From: Lingula anatina
Taxonomy: Eukaryota > Animalia > Brachiopoda
DNA length: 64,000 nucleotides
Assembly (NCBI GenBank): GCA_051362555.1
Contig: CM120646.1
Coordinates: forward strand, 2,604,001 to 2,668,000
Direction of reading: 5' to 3'
Each line of letters opens with the position of its first letter. Position 1 is the stretch's first letter. The notes under the pieces are model-generated. The model saw nothing but the letters and a program-made list of their open reading frames with translations. It searched no databases and was not told the origin of the DNA. A program made the translations under genes and the position numbers. Below, piece after piece: positions 14,010-28,800 of the stretch.

Positions 14010-14354
14010 TTAAAGGGATAATAACTCTTCGTATGATATCTATATTTCACAATAAAAACCTTGTGAATAACTCATAGAAATATAATATATTCTGTTTTAC
14101 CACAAAAACAGCAGTTATAGCTTTTATTCTGATATCTGAACTTGTCTTTAGACCACGTGACCTCCATTGATGTCTATACTCTGTTAAAATCTCTTAAGAG
14201 ATTTTAACAAAAAAACAAACTTTTTTAAAAAAAACCAGGGACTAACTTTGAATGTAAAAATGGATTCATTAACTATTGGTAAGTATGGGAAAATTGTTGT
14301 TTACTCCAGGAAAATTCATTTTTTGGCCGAAACGAAGAGTTATTATTGCTTTAA
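14010..14354. mobile_element. TTAA-flanked MITE (Kolobok/piggyBac-like), copy 1
   Basis: TIRs are TTAA-AGGGATAATAACTCTTCG and CGAAGAGTTATTATTGCT-TTAA. An inverted related copy lies at 56575-56892. Confidence 0.8.
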
Positions 14355-14535
14355 CATCGAAGATCACAGCATGATATACACAGTAACTATCATTCTTGGG
14401 GTCCTACATACCAAACAACCATGCTGTTAAATGGTCAAGAGAATTTCCAGTCAATTTTGTACATAAATTTGAGAATGTATTTATCTTTTAAATTGCATTT
14501 TCAGCTTTTTTGTTCTTGATAATTTGTCCTTTAGG

Positions 14536-17500
14536 CTAGAACCTTGTTAGCTGAATGGGAAAGTTTTCTGTGACAAGGCGGTCATCTTGGAACACTATTA
14601 CAATGTTGACTTCAAATTCTGAAATTAAAGAGAAGGCACCTGAATTAATTATATTAAAAAACAGCTTTCAACCATTACATTAACTCTTGTATGCTTTTCA
14701 CTTTATTTCTGGATGAATAGATTACTAAACTTCAGTAAAAGCAATGACATTGCAAGTAATTTTTTAGACATAAAATATGAATTAATGGTTTATCAAAACC
14801 ATTTATATTAAAATAGCACCCACTTGATAACAAAACTTTCTTATCCAATTCTTTTTTTTAAATAAATAAAATATTGAAAAATTTTGTTTGACTCTACATT
14901 AAAAGAATTCACAATTTTGAGTCATGGCCATTCAGTTTTGATACACTGTAAAATCATTATTGCTTAAATAATAATAATTATTATTGTTATTATTTTTATT
15001 AATTCATATCCTTACCAACTTTGAAGTTATTAGTGGCCAGTGTTGGACAGGTAAAGAGGCGAGGGAAGACCATATAAATAGGAATACTAATACCACGGCA
15101 CACATCCCCCTCTGCTATCTGGATGTTCTGGATCTCTGTGGCTGAATAATAATAGTAATAATAATGATGATGATTAATGAACAATATATCAAACATATAT
15201 CAAAATGTCAAAAAAATAGCATCTGGACTGAATGTTAGTGCATTTCACTTGCCATGGATCATAGTAAACGAGAGAAAGATGGTACATTACATAACACTAA
15301 ATTTTCTTAGTGTTAACCTCTTTGAAAAAATTTCTCTTTCTAAGTAAAGCAACATAAATCATTCAGAGGCCTTTAAAAAGGAAAATAAAAACAATTAAAT
15401 GCAATGCGGTCTTAGAAACGAGAATTTTTCTTTTTTTTTTTTTTTGCTGGGCCAATTCCTTTAGGCTTAGACTACAGAAATTCCATCAAATGGACTGTCG
15501 TACCATCTTTGGCATAACCCTCCGCACAGCCGCACGTTTCCACCCTGACTAACTGCAGCTCTATAGACTTGAGTGGGGCTTCACTGCTTTCTACTGTTAA
15601 CTGAAATCAAAGGAAAATCCAAAAGTTGAAAGAGAAAACAAGCAAAAATTCTTTAAAATTTAAAATGTAAGAAAACCTGGATGATGTTGAAATAATTGTT
15701 AATACCTGTTATCTATCCTGAATATCTGCCCTTTGTGAAATTCACATCAAAACTTGTGAAGATGTTTTGAGACATCTTGTCTACAAACAAATAAACTAAC
15801 ACCAATGTAAAGATAACCTTTGTTTTGGCAGAGGGACTGTAATGTAACTTGAGGGTAAAATTATAAAATATATTGACTGCACTATTGGTACAGAAAACCT
15901 ACGAAAATATACAGATTGGAAATGAGGAGATTGAATTTTAGTAAAGTAACTGTTTTATAAAATGAATAACTCGAATATGAATAATCCTTTTGATGAAAAT
16001 TAAAATGAAGAATTTTCTGTTTTAATTATCAACGTTGGAGAAAATTTACCTCTCCAGTGAAGGGTTTGGTTATCAGGCAAACTGCTGTATCTAGCTTTCC
16101 TTTCACCTTGAATCTTGGCACATTTACTTTCTGAAAGGAAAGGACATCAGAACTTAAATATGCTTCATATTCTGAACCATCTGATGTGTCCTTCACTGTG
16201 TTTAATGTGTTGATGTAACTATTTAAAATATAAACGACCAAGTAACAAAGTGTCAAAATCCAAAGATTTTTTTTTGAGATAATGATTACATAGTGGAATA
16301 AATATTCTGAAGAAGAATAACGTGTGTGCGTGCGTGTTAGTTAGTGCCAAACCTCTTTCACATTCTGTAAAGTCTCTGGTGATATTGTAAATTGCACAAC
16401 TTTGGCTTTGGCTTTTTCTTCTTGTTCCTAAAATGTGAAAAACACTAGAGTCAAAGAAAATACCCGAGTCTACCAAACTATATTCTATACAACTATAATG
16501 CATTATATTATACCTGACTTGAATTTTTTCCTCTGGCACATATAAGAATCTTATGTTAAGAAAAATTCCAAAGTTGAAACATTTTGCAATTTCTGACCGA
16601 AGAAATACTGTGCCAGGAAAGTTATCTATTCTCGAACTTTAGGTTAAGATTTCTCACATCCCTGAATCGAGTCTCAAAAAGCCTTCAAATGGTATTCAGT
16701 TTATGCACTATACTCACCTTGTATTCTACAATAAATTCTAACTGTTTTTGCAAGTCTTTATTTAGCAGCGATCTCTTCATATCTACCTTAATGGTATACT
16801 GTGTAAGAAAGAAACAATAAACAATGAAAATTGCTAATAAATGCACATATACCAGTAGCATGTATCTGTATAATAATGATTTATTATATATAATGATATA
16901 TTATGTTTTTATTTGAAGTTTGAGGATCTACTAAAAAAAATCTGAAAATAAAAAGTGGAAATAATAGCTCCTTACTATTTTATGCCAAACAATTTAAAAC
17001 TGCTGAAAAGGTTATAAAAATATATTTAATCCTGCCTGCATTATTCACACACTTATTAACCTACTGTACTGGTGTACCAAGTTATTAATAATGATTTATC
17101 TCTCACAAAAAAAAATACATTATCTGAATAGAATTTCAGCCCATAAAATTAATCCAATTTCAAAACAGCTGTAAGTAACATAGTCATGTAACTATTAAGA
17201 AGATCCCTCTAATACCTGAATATTGACAAAGACTCCATGATATGTCTCATACAGTGTCTTATTGCCTTTGGGTTTGAGAGGAACTTCAAACGGAATCTCT
17301 GTCTTCCCTGACGGCAGTTTGCCTGGCTTGGCTATGTCAAGATTGTAGTGAAGGAGCTGGATTGGCTGTGGAAACAGAAATTGAGAAATTGATAAACTGT
17401 TACTAGAAGTAAAAAAGTTGATACTTGCTGTGAAATAAACCTCTCTCTGAAAATATATCTGCATCAGAAGTTCTCTGTCTAGGAAACTGCTATTATGATT

Positions 17501-18650
17501 TTATGCACATGTACATGAAAGTTACCCTGGGCCATTTTCACTTCTTACTGCTGTAATGTTTTAATGATTAAAATCTGTGATAAATAACACATTTTCAAAA
17601 CACCTACTTAAAAGATAATTTTATCATAGTCATGAATCTCTAATCTTCCCATTTAGTAAAGAATGCAACATTTTGTTCTTTTATAATTCGATGCAAAACA
17701 ATATCATATTCTGACATCTTGAAACCAGTTAATTGTTACGTACCTTCAGAGAGTTATAGAAAGCTTCAAAGAGTCCAACACTTTTAGCACTTAGCTGCAG
17801 TCCCACATTTCCCTCTACGGTCAGTGTGATGCCCTGGTGCTGGACACTGTCCTTGCTCTGGATGACCACTAACCCAGCCACCACATCCTGGATATTAATT
17901 ACACACTATTATACATACAGTGTGAACTACCGGTACAGTATATATCCATAATAACAGGAGCAATGAAACAGCCTTAGGACAAATATCGACACAAGGAAAG
18001 TTCTAGTCTCACCAAACCAGAAAACAGACAACAGGCCTGCAGATAGCAATTTCAAAGTTGGAAGTAGGGGGAGATCCCCCGCCCTCCCCCAACCCTTTGT
18101 TTACCCATCACGAGAAATGACAGAACCACGATTCAAGACAGAACCTTACATTCTTATTCAAAGTGGTCGTTTTCCGATCAAAATTGTGCTTGGTTCTTTT
18201 GCCACTGCTCTCCCCCGCCCCCCTCCCCCCCCCCTCCCCCGCCCACTGTGCCTTTATTTTAAGATGCACAGTAAATAATTCTCCCCCTCCACTTCTAGTC
18301 ATACATTAAGAATTTATGAATATTTTATTCCCCGATGTACCAAACACCCAGTAAAAATATAAATTAATTAAAAATATAACACAATTTAAATGACAGAAAA
18401 TTAGTTTAAGAGCACGACAAGCGTAAGACTTGGAGCAATAACGTTAACGATGTCACGAGTTGTAGTGAAACGGATCGAACACATTTTCGGTTAAACACTA
18501 TGTGACAACGGCGCAAATGTTGTATTTCGTCGATAGTTATCTAATATATGGAACGCATGTTTGCATACAATGTTACTGAAGTACTATACTTACCCCTTCT
18601 CTATAGATTTTATTTACTTTCTTTAAGCGGACGTCCAACAAGGTAGCCAT
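14536..18650 (-). CDS. VPS26C: Vacuolar protein sorting-associated protein 26C (DSCR3, Retriever subunit). Exons 18594-18650, 17744-17887, 17216-17365, 16718-16798, 16353-16427, 16050-16130, 15504-15600, 15016-15141, 14536-14618
   Basis: Translation includes MATLLDVRLKKVNKIYREG, LQLSAKSVGLFEAFYNSLK, LYETYHGVFVNIQ, IELQLVRVETCGCAEGYAKDATEIQNIQIAEGDVCRG, FPRLFTCPTL and EFEVNIVIVFQDDRLVTENFP, which are hallmark DSCR3 sequences. Confidence 0.97.
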
Positions 18651-19091
18651 TTTGGCTTGTCTTGGAACGCCTTACTTCCACATTGGCAGCTTAAAACAAC
18701 GAAAATAAAATGAGATGAAAACCAGAATTTGACAAAAACGGACAAAATTACAGAGTTATGATATAATGAAGTTTAAAGTGATCGTTAATTGGTAGTCACT
18801 GAATCAATCTGAAATCTCACACATGTATACATAAGAGAGAAGTATATACGTTTTAATGCTGTAAGCGATATCCCAAACCGAGTTCGCAAAAAAGTTTGGG
18901 TAATGTAATTCAAAGTACATTGCATTTCTAAGCAGGTGTTAATATATGTTTATTAAGTTATAAGAATGGTTAGGAGAAAATCCAGTGCTTGAATTAATTA
19001 TAATTATTGCAATACATTCAATAAACAGACATCACTCCTACCGGGGGAGGTAAATTCAACAGCCATTCACCCCGTCCCGTTGCCACCAGCG

Positions 19092-19105
19092 GTTGCTATG
19101 GGTGC
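19092..19105 (+). promoter_or_regulatory. Candidate RFX X-box upstream of the SAXO-like gene
   Basis: GTTGCTATGGGTGC resembles the X-box GTTGCCATGGCAAC, with a good left half-site. It lies ~270 bp upstream of the ATG of a ciliary-type gene. Confidence 0.35.
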
Positions 19106-19365
19106 TTGTACACACCACAACGTGCTACTACAATAATAGTATTGGATCTTTGCTACTTGACAGATCGGAGTGGCGAAACATTGACAGTGGATATTTAGGT
19201 GACTTTTGACTCCGACCATAAACTCAGGACCCACAATTTCGTGCCAAAAGAAGAAGACGGGCGCTAGGATCCATATTTGTTCCTAACAGAGCTTCCAGGT
19301 GAAGCAGAACTGTGTAATTCGGAAGCTAGAACTCAGCTGATCGCTTCACCGCCAAGGTTTCAACC

Positions 19366-22300
19366 ATGGCTTTGACTCACGATGACCTCGAGCAGATTAT
19401 GAAGCAGGAGTTTCCTGACTTTACGTGTATATGTGAAATATGTGATTGTGGGTAAGTGAGCATATACAGTATGTCTGATATATAGCAGCATATTTTTATA
19501 TTATACTTAAGTACACTAGCTGTGCGTAGGCCTTCATACCGGGTACGAGTACTCAGAGGGTAGGGAATGAATCCCCCCCCCCCCCACCCCCTTAATCACC
19601 AATCACCAAGATTAAAACAGCTCTTGAAATCACTAAGATATATTCAGGCCAAACACCAATCACCAAGAATTCCTGAATCACGTTTCACGCAGAATATATT
19701 GGGCTCAAATAACACATCACGCTCGAAAAATAAGACCAATCACGCGGAACGCAAAAGGTATTCCCTACCCTCTACTCAGAGCACGTATTGCACAGTACTA
19801 GCTCAGTGGTGATATACAGTCACAATCATACTGAGATTATAATTCGATCCCGACTTTAAAACATGCTTTTCTAGATTTCAGTGTAGTTTTAAAATAACAT
19901 GGTTGCTATATGTATATTTGTGTTTGATGACAGCATGAAAAGTTTTAGGTGGAATGTAATCTTTACAAGCTATATTATAGACTGATGGTCTGACTCCGAG
20001 GAGAAGAGTATTCTAAATATAATAGTGTACCGGTAGGATCTGAATTTGTATATGTGTCTCTCTTCAACAATGTGTGAACTTGAACCCGAGTTTAGATGTT
20101 GAAGATGAAACTGTGTGTCCTGGCACATCACAGTATACAGTATGCATGTATCTGGATATGTCTTTATGTAATAGAATCGGCCGGGCCTGTAGCCAGCAAC
20201 TTCAAAAGGTTTTTTTTTTTCTGAAAATGTTGAAATTTTTACCACATTAGTTGATTGAACGTGATCCATGGAATAGAACATAGGTAAAATTGTGATTCAG
20301 AGCGGCCCTTCTCCAACCAAAAGGGTGGCCCTTTTAACCTCCACCCCACCCCAAACGCCAGTGTCTAAGATTAATCTTGCTCATATGTGTATGGAAATTC
20401 GCATATTACTTTGTTTTCTTGCCTCAGTGTTTGCTTCCCATTTATATATACAATATATCTTCCCCTGACTTGGTTTCAGTTTTAATAATCAAAGGTGCAC
20501 TTCATACCTGACGCGGGGAGAATAAGGGGTGGGGGATGAGTATACATGTATATCATAAATAAGTTATAATACTGATGCATCTATGAAGATCTACATAAAA
20601 ATGTAATATATAATTCGAACTTTCCGCCCCATGCTGCACTATCCAAGATTCCAACCATTGGAAAACCCAAAAAAGATTATTTACTGTTGGAACTTACAGC
20701 AATATTGGATCGTAGTCTTATCAATTCGAGACCCCCACGTTTGCTAATAAAATTGATAGCGAGCGAAGTTATTATTTACCGAAGGTTTACACCAAATATG
20801 TACAACGTAGCAATCTTGCGGGTTTATCATTTAGGAGTTATTCTCGCGAGTCAACCGTAATATCTAGGTCTATAGCATTCCCATTTATTCACTAGTGACT
20901 AATTCTGTTTCTCCTTTCAACACCAGCTCCAAATCTCCGTATCAATATTATCCTCTTTCAAACTACAAATGCAACAACGAAATTTCAATTATTTGCACCG
21001 CTGATTGTAGGCCATACACAGTATGTGTAAATTAAATACTACTGGGGTGATTTTCAGGTGCTCAAGAGCGTTGAGGAAGCTGCTGGAATTCACTTACGTT
21101 AATGTGTTTATTGCTGAGTGTTGTTGTTGTTCCAGTAAATGTTTGTCGCAGGATGTTTACAGTCCCGCTTTTATCAAATAAAAGGCATGGGGGACTTTGT
21201 AAATAAAGTGAGTCCACTAAAAGTTTCGTCTAAGCAAGGCAAGTGCATTACGGTTCAGCAAATACCCTAGTCCTTTATGTTGCAAGGTGAAAAAGGATTA
21301 CTAGTAAGTGTATTTGAAGTGTCTGGGTCTGAGTTAAGGAAATGTATTCTAGATAGCACAGCCTACTGCGCCCGGGGGATTCGGTATCATTTGACATTTA
21401 AGATAACCAGAGATAATGCAGGTGTTATGACCACAATTAAGCGATATGTACCTGGATGGATAAGAATATCCTGGCTGATGATTCGGATACAATATACCCG
21501 AGTCTACTAGTAAGTTGCTGACACAATAACAATTTAGTCAAAGGTACTCGTCCTATTACTGCTGTGACGTGAGTCTATAACTCACTATCATGTACGTATG
21601 GCACGCCCCTTCCCTACCCGGGTTCCTCTTTTTAAGCGCCAACCACGTTTTAAACCCATTCCCCGAAAGAATGTTGATACACACGTCGACCTTGCAAGTC
21701 TTCTTCATTTTATTTAACCAACATATCTGTTTCCCTGTCATTTATGGTCAAATCAATCATGTACAGTGTGTATGGTAAGCCTCGCTCCCCTGAGTTCAGT
21801 TTTGAGCGCTGTAACTATAAAAGACTTATTCATATTATTTAGCCAACATATCCACCGTGTTTGTAAAAGAGTGCGCAAGTATAAAAAATAACCCAGTAAA
21901 AAGGTAGGGGATATCCCTGCTATTTTTGTTCATATTGTACGCATAAACTCCCATATAACAAGGCCCTTCATATATTACAGTGCTGCAGTATTCAATTTGA
22001 TAGATTTAACTTATTAAAGTGACAATGTTGTTTAAACGGATATCCCCTACCTTTTTACTGGGTTATTTTTTATACTTGCGCACTCTTTTACAAACACGAC
22101 TTTAAGCCATTCGCAGTAAATTTACAATGGTTTTGAAAGTATAAAGCTATCTACACTGGCGATCGATTGATCAAATTTGAGTGTTTTGTGAAAGGGTACA
22201 ATAGCTGAGTTGGGGTCGATAAAGTGTGTTAGGAAGCGTCAACAAATCACAGTAGCCCCTATTTATTTCATTTGTGAGTGTAAGCGACAAAATATATCAG

Positions 22301-22973
22301 CAATTAGTGAATAGGTGTTTTTTATAACCTTTAACGTGTGGTCGATTTGGAATTGTAGAGACACAAAGCCTACAGCGCATTAAAGATTTTCACTGCGTGG
22401 AATTGTTTCCTATTCTTTTTCTCGTATTTCACAATTAAGTTACGCATTTGTACTGGTACAGATGATCCAACAATTGAACGAACGTGCAAGCAAAAAACAG
22501 ATTTAACCATTTAAAAAATATCCCAGTTTTGACAAAGAAAAAAATAAATAAATAAAAAATTTTGATAACTTCAGGCGTCATAAGCACCACAAGAACTGCA
22601 AACGAGTGGGCAAAATAAATAAGCGTCGTCAAAAGCAATGTCTTCTAACGACCAGCCAGGAGACATTTAAAGCCTTCTCCGCCCGACCCCGCTCCAGCAA
22701 GAGACCACCACAGACACCACGTGACCCTAACCCACCCCCCATGATGTTCAAGACGAACCAGAGGGATGACTTCAGACCACACGGTGAAGTGCCTAGGGTC
22801 CAACCGTTCGCGTTTGTAAGTTGATTCACACTGTAAAAAAAATTCATAACAATATCATGTTTTAAAGGAATGGTTTTGAGTGGTGTCACGAATGTAAAAA
22901 GATCAAAATTACTACCGTGTCATTTTTGTTTCAACATAAAGTGCGTAAAATTAAATAGAAATGGCTGTCGTAA

Positions 22974-23008
<35 letters not shown>

Positions 23009-25828
23009 AAAGAAAAAAAAAGAAAAAAAAAGGATGACAATTTTATCTGGTTTCTTTGCAGCCTGACACATACGAGATAGACAAGGGACCGTTTCAAAAC
23101 GTCACTTTCTACAGCGCCGAATATGGTCCAAAAGAGCTCCCCTCAGAGACAATCTTGCGCCCCACTTCCCAGGGGAGGTACATGAGGAAAACGTCGGCAA
23201 AGTTAGACACACGGACGACCAATAAAGAATCTTTCAAACACTGGGTGCCTCAGCCAGCCATTCGTTTCGGAGAGCTTCCAAGTTTTACAGGTCGGTATTG
23301 ACGACATTTACTCCGGTATTTTTTATCATGCTGGCATGCTACAGTGTACAGTATGGTGTAATGAGAGTCTTTCTTTTCATTTCCTTTTTCTTTCTTTCTT
23401 TCTTTTTTTGTGGGGGGGGGGGGGGGGGGTGTCTGTTGTTAAGGGTATTTGTACCCGTCCAACTAATAACATCATCAATTTCATCAGTATCGTTTCAAAT
23501 CTAGTAACTCCCTTCAAGCGGATGTTATATTAAGATAAACGTATATATGAATGAATTATTTCAAATTGCTAAATATTTTTACTTAAAATATTTCAGGGTC
23601 TGTGTTGTACCCAGAACAGAAGAACAAGCTACCACAGAGCACGCAGCAGCAGTCCTACCCAGGAGCCTACGCCAAGAAACTAGAACCATGCAAGATCGGA
23701 GAGGGGGATATTAAGTTTGAAGGTGCGTGAGAGTATAAATTTATACTACCCAAATTTTAAAGTGTATTCCTATTATTATTATTATTATCATTAATTCAAG
23801 TCAGTGCTTTGTTAAGTTAATGTGAGATGTGAACAGGAAAGGATTAAGTTCACAGAAAGAAATTGTAATTTTTAGTTTGTTGACATTGAAGTGCAACTGG
23901 TAATGCATTGTTTTATACATCACCAGTCAAAGATTGATAGCGATCATGGTTCTCGCAAAAACAGAACAAATGGGGTGGGGGATAGAGAGAAAAAATTGCT
24001 GTTTGAGCACACTAACATTAATTAGTAATGTGATTGAAAATTAAAAGAAAAATAAAATTACAATAGATAGAAAAATAACACGTAATTTCATTATAACAGT
24101 ACGCCGTTTATCACAAGGTTGAACCAAGAACAATTTTAACATTCTCGTTATAGGCGAACAAGATCACAAGACAGTTAATATGATGACGTACAAAGGTGAG
24201 AGACAAGAGAGGCCCAAACCCTTCATACAGAGACCGCCAATTGTCTCACAAAAGCGCGGGAAATTCTTCGCGGAGACGCAGACTCAGAGGGACTACAAGG
24301 GAGCCAAAGCAAGCCGTGCTCCCATGGCCGTACCCGCTCCAGAAACCATCAGGATTAGATTTGATGACAAGTAAGTTACAGACATTTTGTGAACAAAAAA
24401 ACTTGAGAAATAATAATGATATTTATTAGAGGAAGAAGAAGAAGAAGAATGATGATGACGATTGAAATAAAAAGTATTTTCTTCCAATGATGCTTTAAGA
24501 ATATTTTAGAACATGATAAACAGAGAGCATGGCGAATTTCATAAAGCAACTTTTCAAAAAGGAAAGGAAGAGAAAACAAAGCATTCTTCGCAAACACTCA
24601 TTTTAACTACCATACACTCACTCCACTACTTATTTTATTCCAGTTCATGCTAATTTGTACATTTACACTATATATATATATTCAGGGGCCGTGGCGATAG
24701 TCCGAAGGTTCAATAGTCCGAAGGTTCATTGGTCCGAATGTTCACTATAGAACCTTCGGACCAATGAACCTTCGGACTATCGAGACGCCCCCTATATGCA
24801 AGCTGCGGTCCACCACTGTAATCTCAAATATCTGAATTCCTGTCTCACAGGCAAATGTTCGTGACAGAGCAGAGGGCCAATTTCCCAGGCCACGACCCCA
24901 AGCTGAACCCGATGCCAGAACCGTTTGTCAAGGAGGATCAGACATACAGACCTAAGGACGGCAAGTTTGATGGCCTCACTGTCACCATGGTATGTATTTT
25001 GAGGAAGTTTTATGCTGGTAGAGAACTTTTAAGGGTCGTTCAAGGCGTGTTTTTTCTCAGTAATGGGACTATAGATCTGATATAATGCATGTCTGGAAAA
25101 AATATTATTTTCTTTTTTTTATTTAGCTTTGTTTAGTTTCTGATATCATCAATGATTTTCAAGGTTTTGGATTTTTGAATTCATAATTTTAATTGATATA
25201 ACCATGTATAGTACATTGCAATGATGTTGCAAAACAAGAAAATAGTTTCATTTTTTATTTTGGAATTTTTAAAGGTCAGTGACATAAATAAACCAAAAAG
25301 GGCAATGCAAACAGAAATGATACATCATAAACATTATATTTTCAGGCCGACTTCACCGAGAAGGAACTAGCCGCTGCACACGTGCCACGGGCTTTGGCGC
25401 CAATTACGAAGTTGGACGAAAACAAGCCGAAGTTTGACGGCCGCACAAGCTTCAAGGAATTCTACAAGAACTGGAACGTGCAACCCAGAAAGCGATACGG
25501 AGACTTCCACGAGGCTCAGAAATATTTCCCTCCCATTGAGAAGTTCGACACTAAGTCTACGACCCAGGCTACTTACATTCCAAAAGAGTTTGACCCCGTA
25601 AAGCCATATATTCCCGAAGAGCATACTCTAAATAAGGACGGTAAGCTAGACTTTACTACCGTCAATGCAGACACTTATAAGCGACCACCCGTCAAATTGT
25701 GCAAGGCAGAGGCTTTTCTAATTCAACAAAAATTAAAAAAGGAACAGCAAGAGACATTGAGGCAGCAGCAGGAACCGTTGAATAAATCTCAAACGAGGCC
25801 AAACAAAACCCCGATTGCTGCGAAGTAA
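19366..25828 (+). CDS. Stabilizer of axonemal microtubules (SAXO/FAM154)-like protein. Exons 19366-19451, 22575-22815, 23062-23290, 23597-23722, 24154-24370, 24851-24989, 25346-25828
   Basis: The N-terminus carries CICEICDCGRHKH. Repeated Mn-like motifs follow (TTSQETF, TNQRDDF, TTNKESF, TQTQRDY, TSFKEFY, STTQATY, TVNADTY). Splice phases are consistent. Confidence 0.85.
19555..19773. mobile_element. MITE with 14-bp TIRs and internal AATCAC repeats
   Basis: Termini are AGAGGGTAGGGAAT and ATTCCCTACCCTCT, flanked by the direct repeat ACTC. Confidence 0.75.
21856..22098. mobile_element. MITE with ~60-bp perfect TIRs
   Basis: CGTGTTTGTAAAAGAGTGCGCAAGTATAAAAAATAACCCAGTAAAAAGGTAGGGGATATCC and its exact reverse complement bracket a ~120-bp spacer. 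Confidence 0.8.
24684..24793. mobile_element. Small foldback MITE with subterminal GTCCGAAGGTTC repeats
   Basis: AGGGGC...CGATAGTCCGAAGGTTC (three related units) is mirrored by GAACCTTCGGAC...ATCGAGACGCCCC. Confidence 0.7.
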
Positions 25829-28800
25829 TGTGGAGAGAATTTGATAAAGAAATGAACTTGCCGCAAGTAAAATTAATTGCTCACGAGGTATTGACGTCTA
25901 TTAAAGAATAACGCACATCTGTGCTTATTATAAAACTAGGAGACATTTTCAAAATAAAGGCAATGTGCCTGACAATCAATGGATGCAGAATTCTCAAGTG
26001 CATAGCTACGGGAGTCTTTGTGCCATATGTGAAAAGAAGCCACAGAAAAAAAAAACAGTTAGGTGTCGTTGTCGTGAGGTTATATGGATCTTAACAATTT
26101 TGCTAGTTTTTGTAATCATATCTCCTGTAATGTGCTTCCTGAGGTTTTCTTTTCGTGTTGAAAACTAAGTTATGATGGGGTAAACATTGTCAAAAGGTTA
26201 TACATTGTCCTTTTTATCTTGATTTTTTATGAGATAGTTAATGTGCTCAAACGAAAATGGTTTATTGTAAGCATAATTATTAAAAAAAGAGGTCAGTGGA
26301 AAGTATTAAGGGTAAATTGAATTCAGCATTTAAATATACATAGTGCTGTTACTTTATAGCAAAGTGGTTTTCAATTTTTCTGATGTTTTTAAGTGCTTTT
26401 GGAAAGGCGGCTCCTAAGAGGATAAATGGAGAGCTTTCCAGAAGTTATTTTCCCCACATACTATAATAACGGGGTGAGGCTTATAAAACCAATGTTACTC
26501 TACCTCTGTACTTACTCCCTAGGGTCCGCCAGAACCTTATTTTATATTTGAAGTTTATCCTTTTTTATACACCAAAGAGCTTCTGCACTTACGTCACCCA
26601 TAGGTTTGGCCACTGCATGATGTGAAGCATGTCTTAACATTAAGCATATAAAACGCTGGACATTTTCCTTAATCCGAAATATACATGTAGGTGACGTCAC
26701 AGACGTTCAATGCCAACGTTAAATATAACCTGGGAACAATATTTTGATACGTTTTACACCTTACTGCTTAAAGTGTTTAAAAACCCAAACCAAAAAAATC
26801 GATTCCCATGTTGTGATAAACAGTGCTTTTTGCACGCTTGTGATATCAATTTTTTATATATGACTATTATTGCTTGATATATAAAATGATAACAGCATTG
26901 TTTTGTGGGAATTTTTGCTGATGACAAATGTATGTTTAGATCAGTGTAAATGATATAAAATATCCGCCTTATCAAGAGCTATGGGAGATAATGAGGCATT
27001 TCCTCCGTAATTTATGACACCAGGTAATATTTTATAATTTCCGATAGGCATTGATAAGCATAGTTTTAATGTTTCCATCAATTTTTTTACAAAAACTATA
27101 TATAAATGCCATTGTTCTTTCAACGTTTACATTGTTTCTGTATTCAGACAAAACATGGGTTAATGTGTTGGTATTGAAGAATTTTTGGTAATTTTTACGA
27201 TAATTGAATTGTCACTGTATTGGAGAGGGAGTGAGATAAAAGTAAAGTTGTTTTTCCTCCGATAATATGACACTGACTGGACACACATATGATGCAGGGA
27301 AGGCAACTCACTCGGTGCAGAAATTTTGATAAAAATGAATTTCAAAGATCAAAATTTCAAAACTCATTTCAATTCTTTTCTTTTCACACCTGTAATGTAC
27401 GGAATGTTATTCTCCTTGTAAATACAATAAAATGAACGATAAAGAGAAATGCCTCGTTAAATTTTTATTTAGCCACTACATTTCAGTTCCAAGAAGGTTC
27501 CTGGAAATTAAGACTAGTACATATTTTCTATGAATCACCGTGTGTCACTCATAACATTATTTTTCCTTTAAAAGCAGTAAAATTGATACTATGGGAATAT
27601 GTTTGTAGATACTAATTTTTAATTTTCTGTTTGTACATTGAGCAGTACTCCTGAAAATGCAGGTGAAAAAGCACCTTGATGTTCTGAAAAGTCAGGTTGA
27701 TTTTCCTTACATCACGTGCCGAGATTTTAATTTGGAAAATAATCTGCATTTACATTTCAGAAAAATACCGACATCAGATACGCTTATTTGAAGGAGTTTA
27801 TTGTTTTCGCGGCCTGAACTGCGGGATATTGATAAAACATATTGCTATGGGATATGTTCAAACGCGTATAGTATACATAACGTTAGCTGCCACCGCTAAA
27901 TGACCCAGCGCCCCGAATGCATGTATTTGGCCTTAATAATTTTGATTTTTATGTTTGATTGTAAAAGTTTTTATTTCATCAGAAATTAATTGGCATATAC
28001 ACTGATATACGTGGACACGTATAACGATATTTCAAACAGTACAAAAATGAGACAGATATATTGTGCATACAAAGACATAGAGATTTTGGTTATAGGCTTA
28101 AATACACAAAAACGCTCAAACGAGTTTTTTCCTTTTCCCTTTTCTTAAATCTATCCCTTTTTCTTGTGTTCTCCCCTAACATTTACCCTGCACTGAGTAC
28201 AGAGTTCTTCCGTTTTTCAAGTGAGAAGAAACAAATTTGATCCAACTCATTTGTCACAACTACCGCATTCACACTCACTCACATGCGCACCCACTTTAAA
28301 TAACACCGAACCTGAAAGGCTGGAAAAATCTTCATAGCATTAATGCTAAAAGGTCACTGCTCCCCTGGTATTGCTTTAACCTTAAAGACAAAGGCCGCTC
28401 TGCCATTTCGTGCCTTCAAGCATACCTGTATAATTTAAGATATACACGCTGAGCTTAGCTAGCTCACAAGAAGTGGTGCACCACTGAGAATGACTAACGC
28501 AACATAGCACAGCTACAAGATGCCTAATGTAATATGATCGACTTTTTTATATTTTCACGTGCCGAAACCTTGTAAGCGGTCGGCTTATCAGTGAATGCAG
28601 AAGTCGAAATAAGAAAAAAGGTTCGGATAGTGCAGGTAATGGCTCGTTCTCACTATGTTACCCTACATATCCTGGACTTTTTCTTGCTAGTCTCTCTGCT
28701 TCGCTAACCGCGTCGACCTAAATAGGCACTTGACTTTTTTTAAATTCGACCTATATTTAAAAATAACTGTGCTCCACTTGCAAGCTTACGTGATGCTATT

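Noticed and set aside
24695-24782. CRISPR-like short repeats
   Set aside because: The context is eukaryotic, there are no unique spacers, and the repeats are mirrored subterminal MITE repeats.
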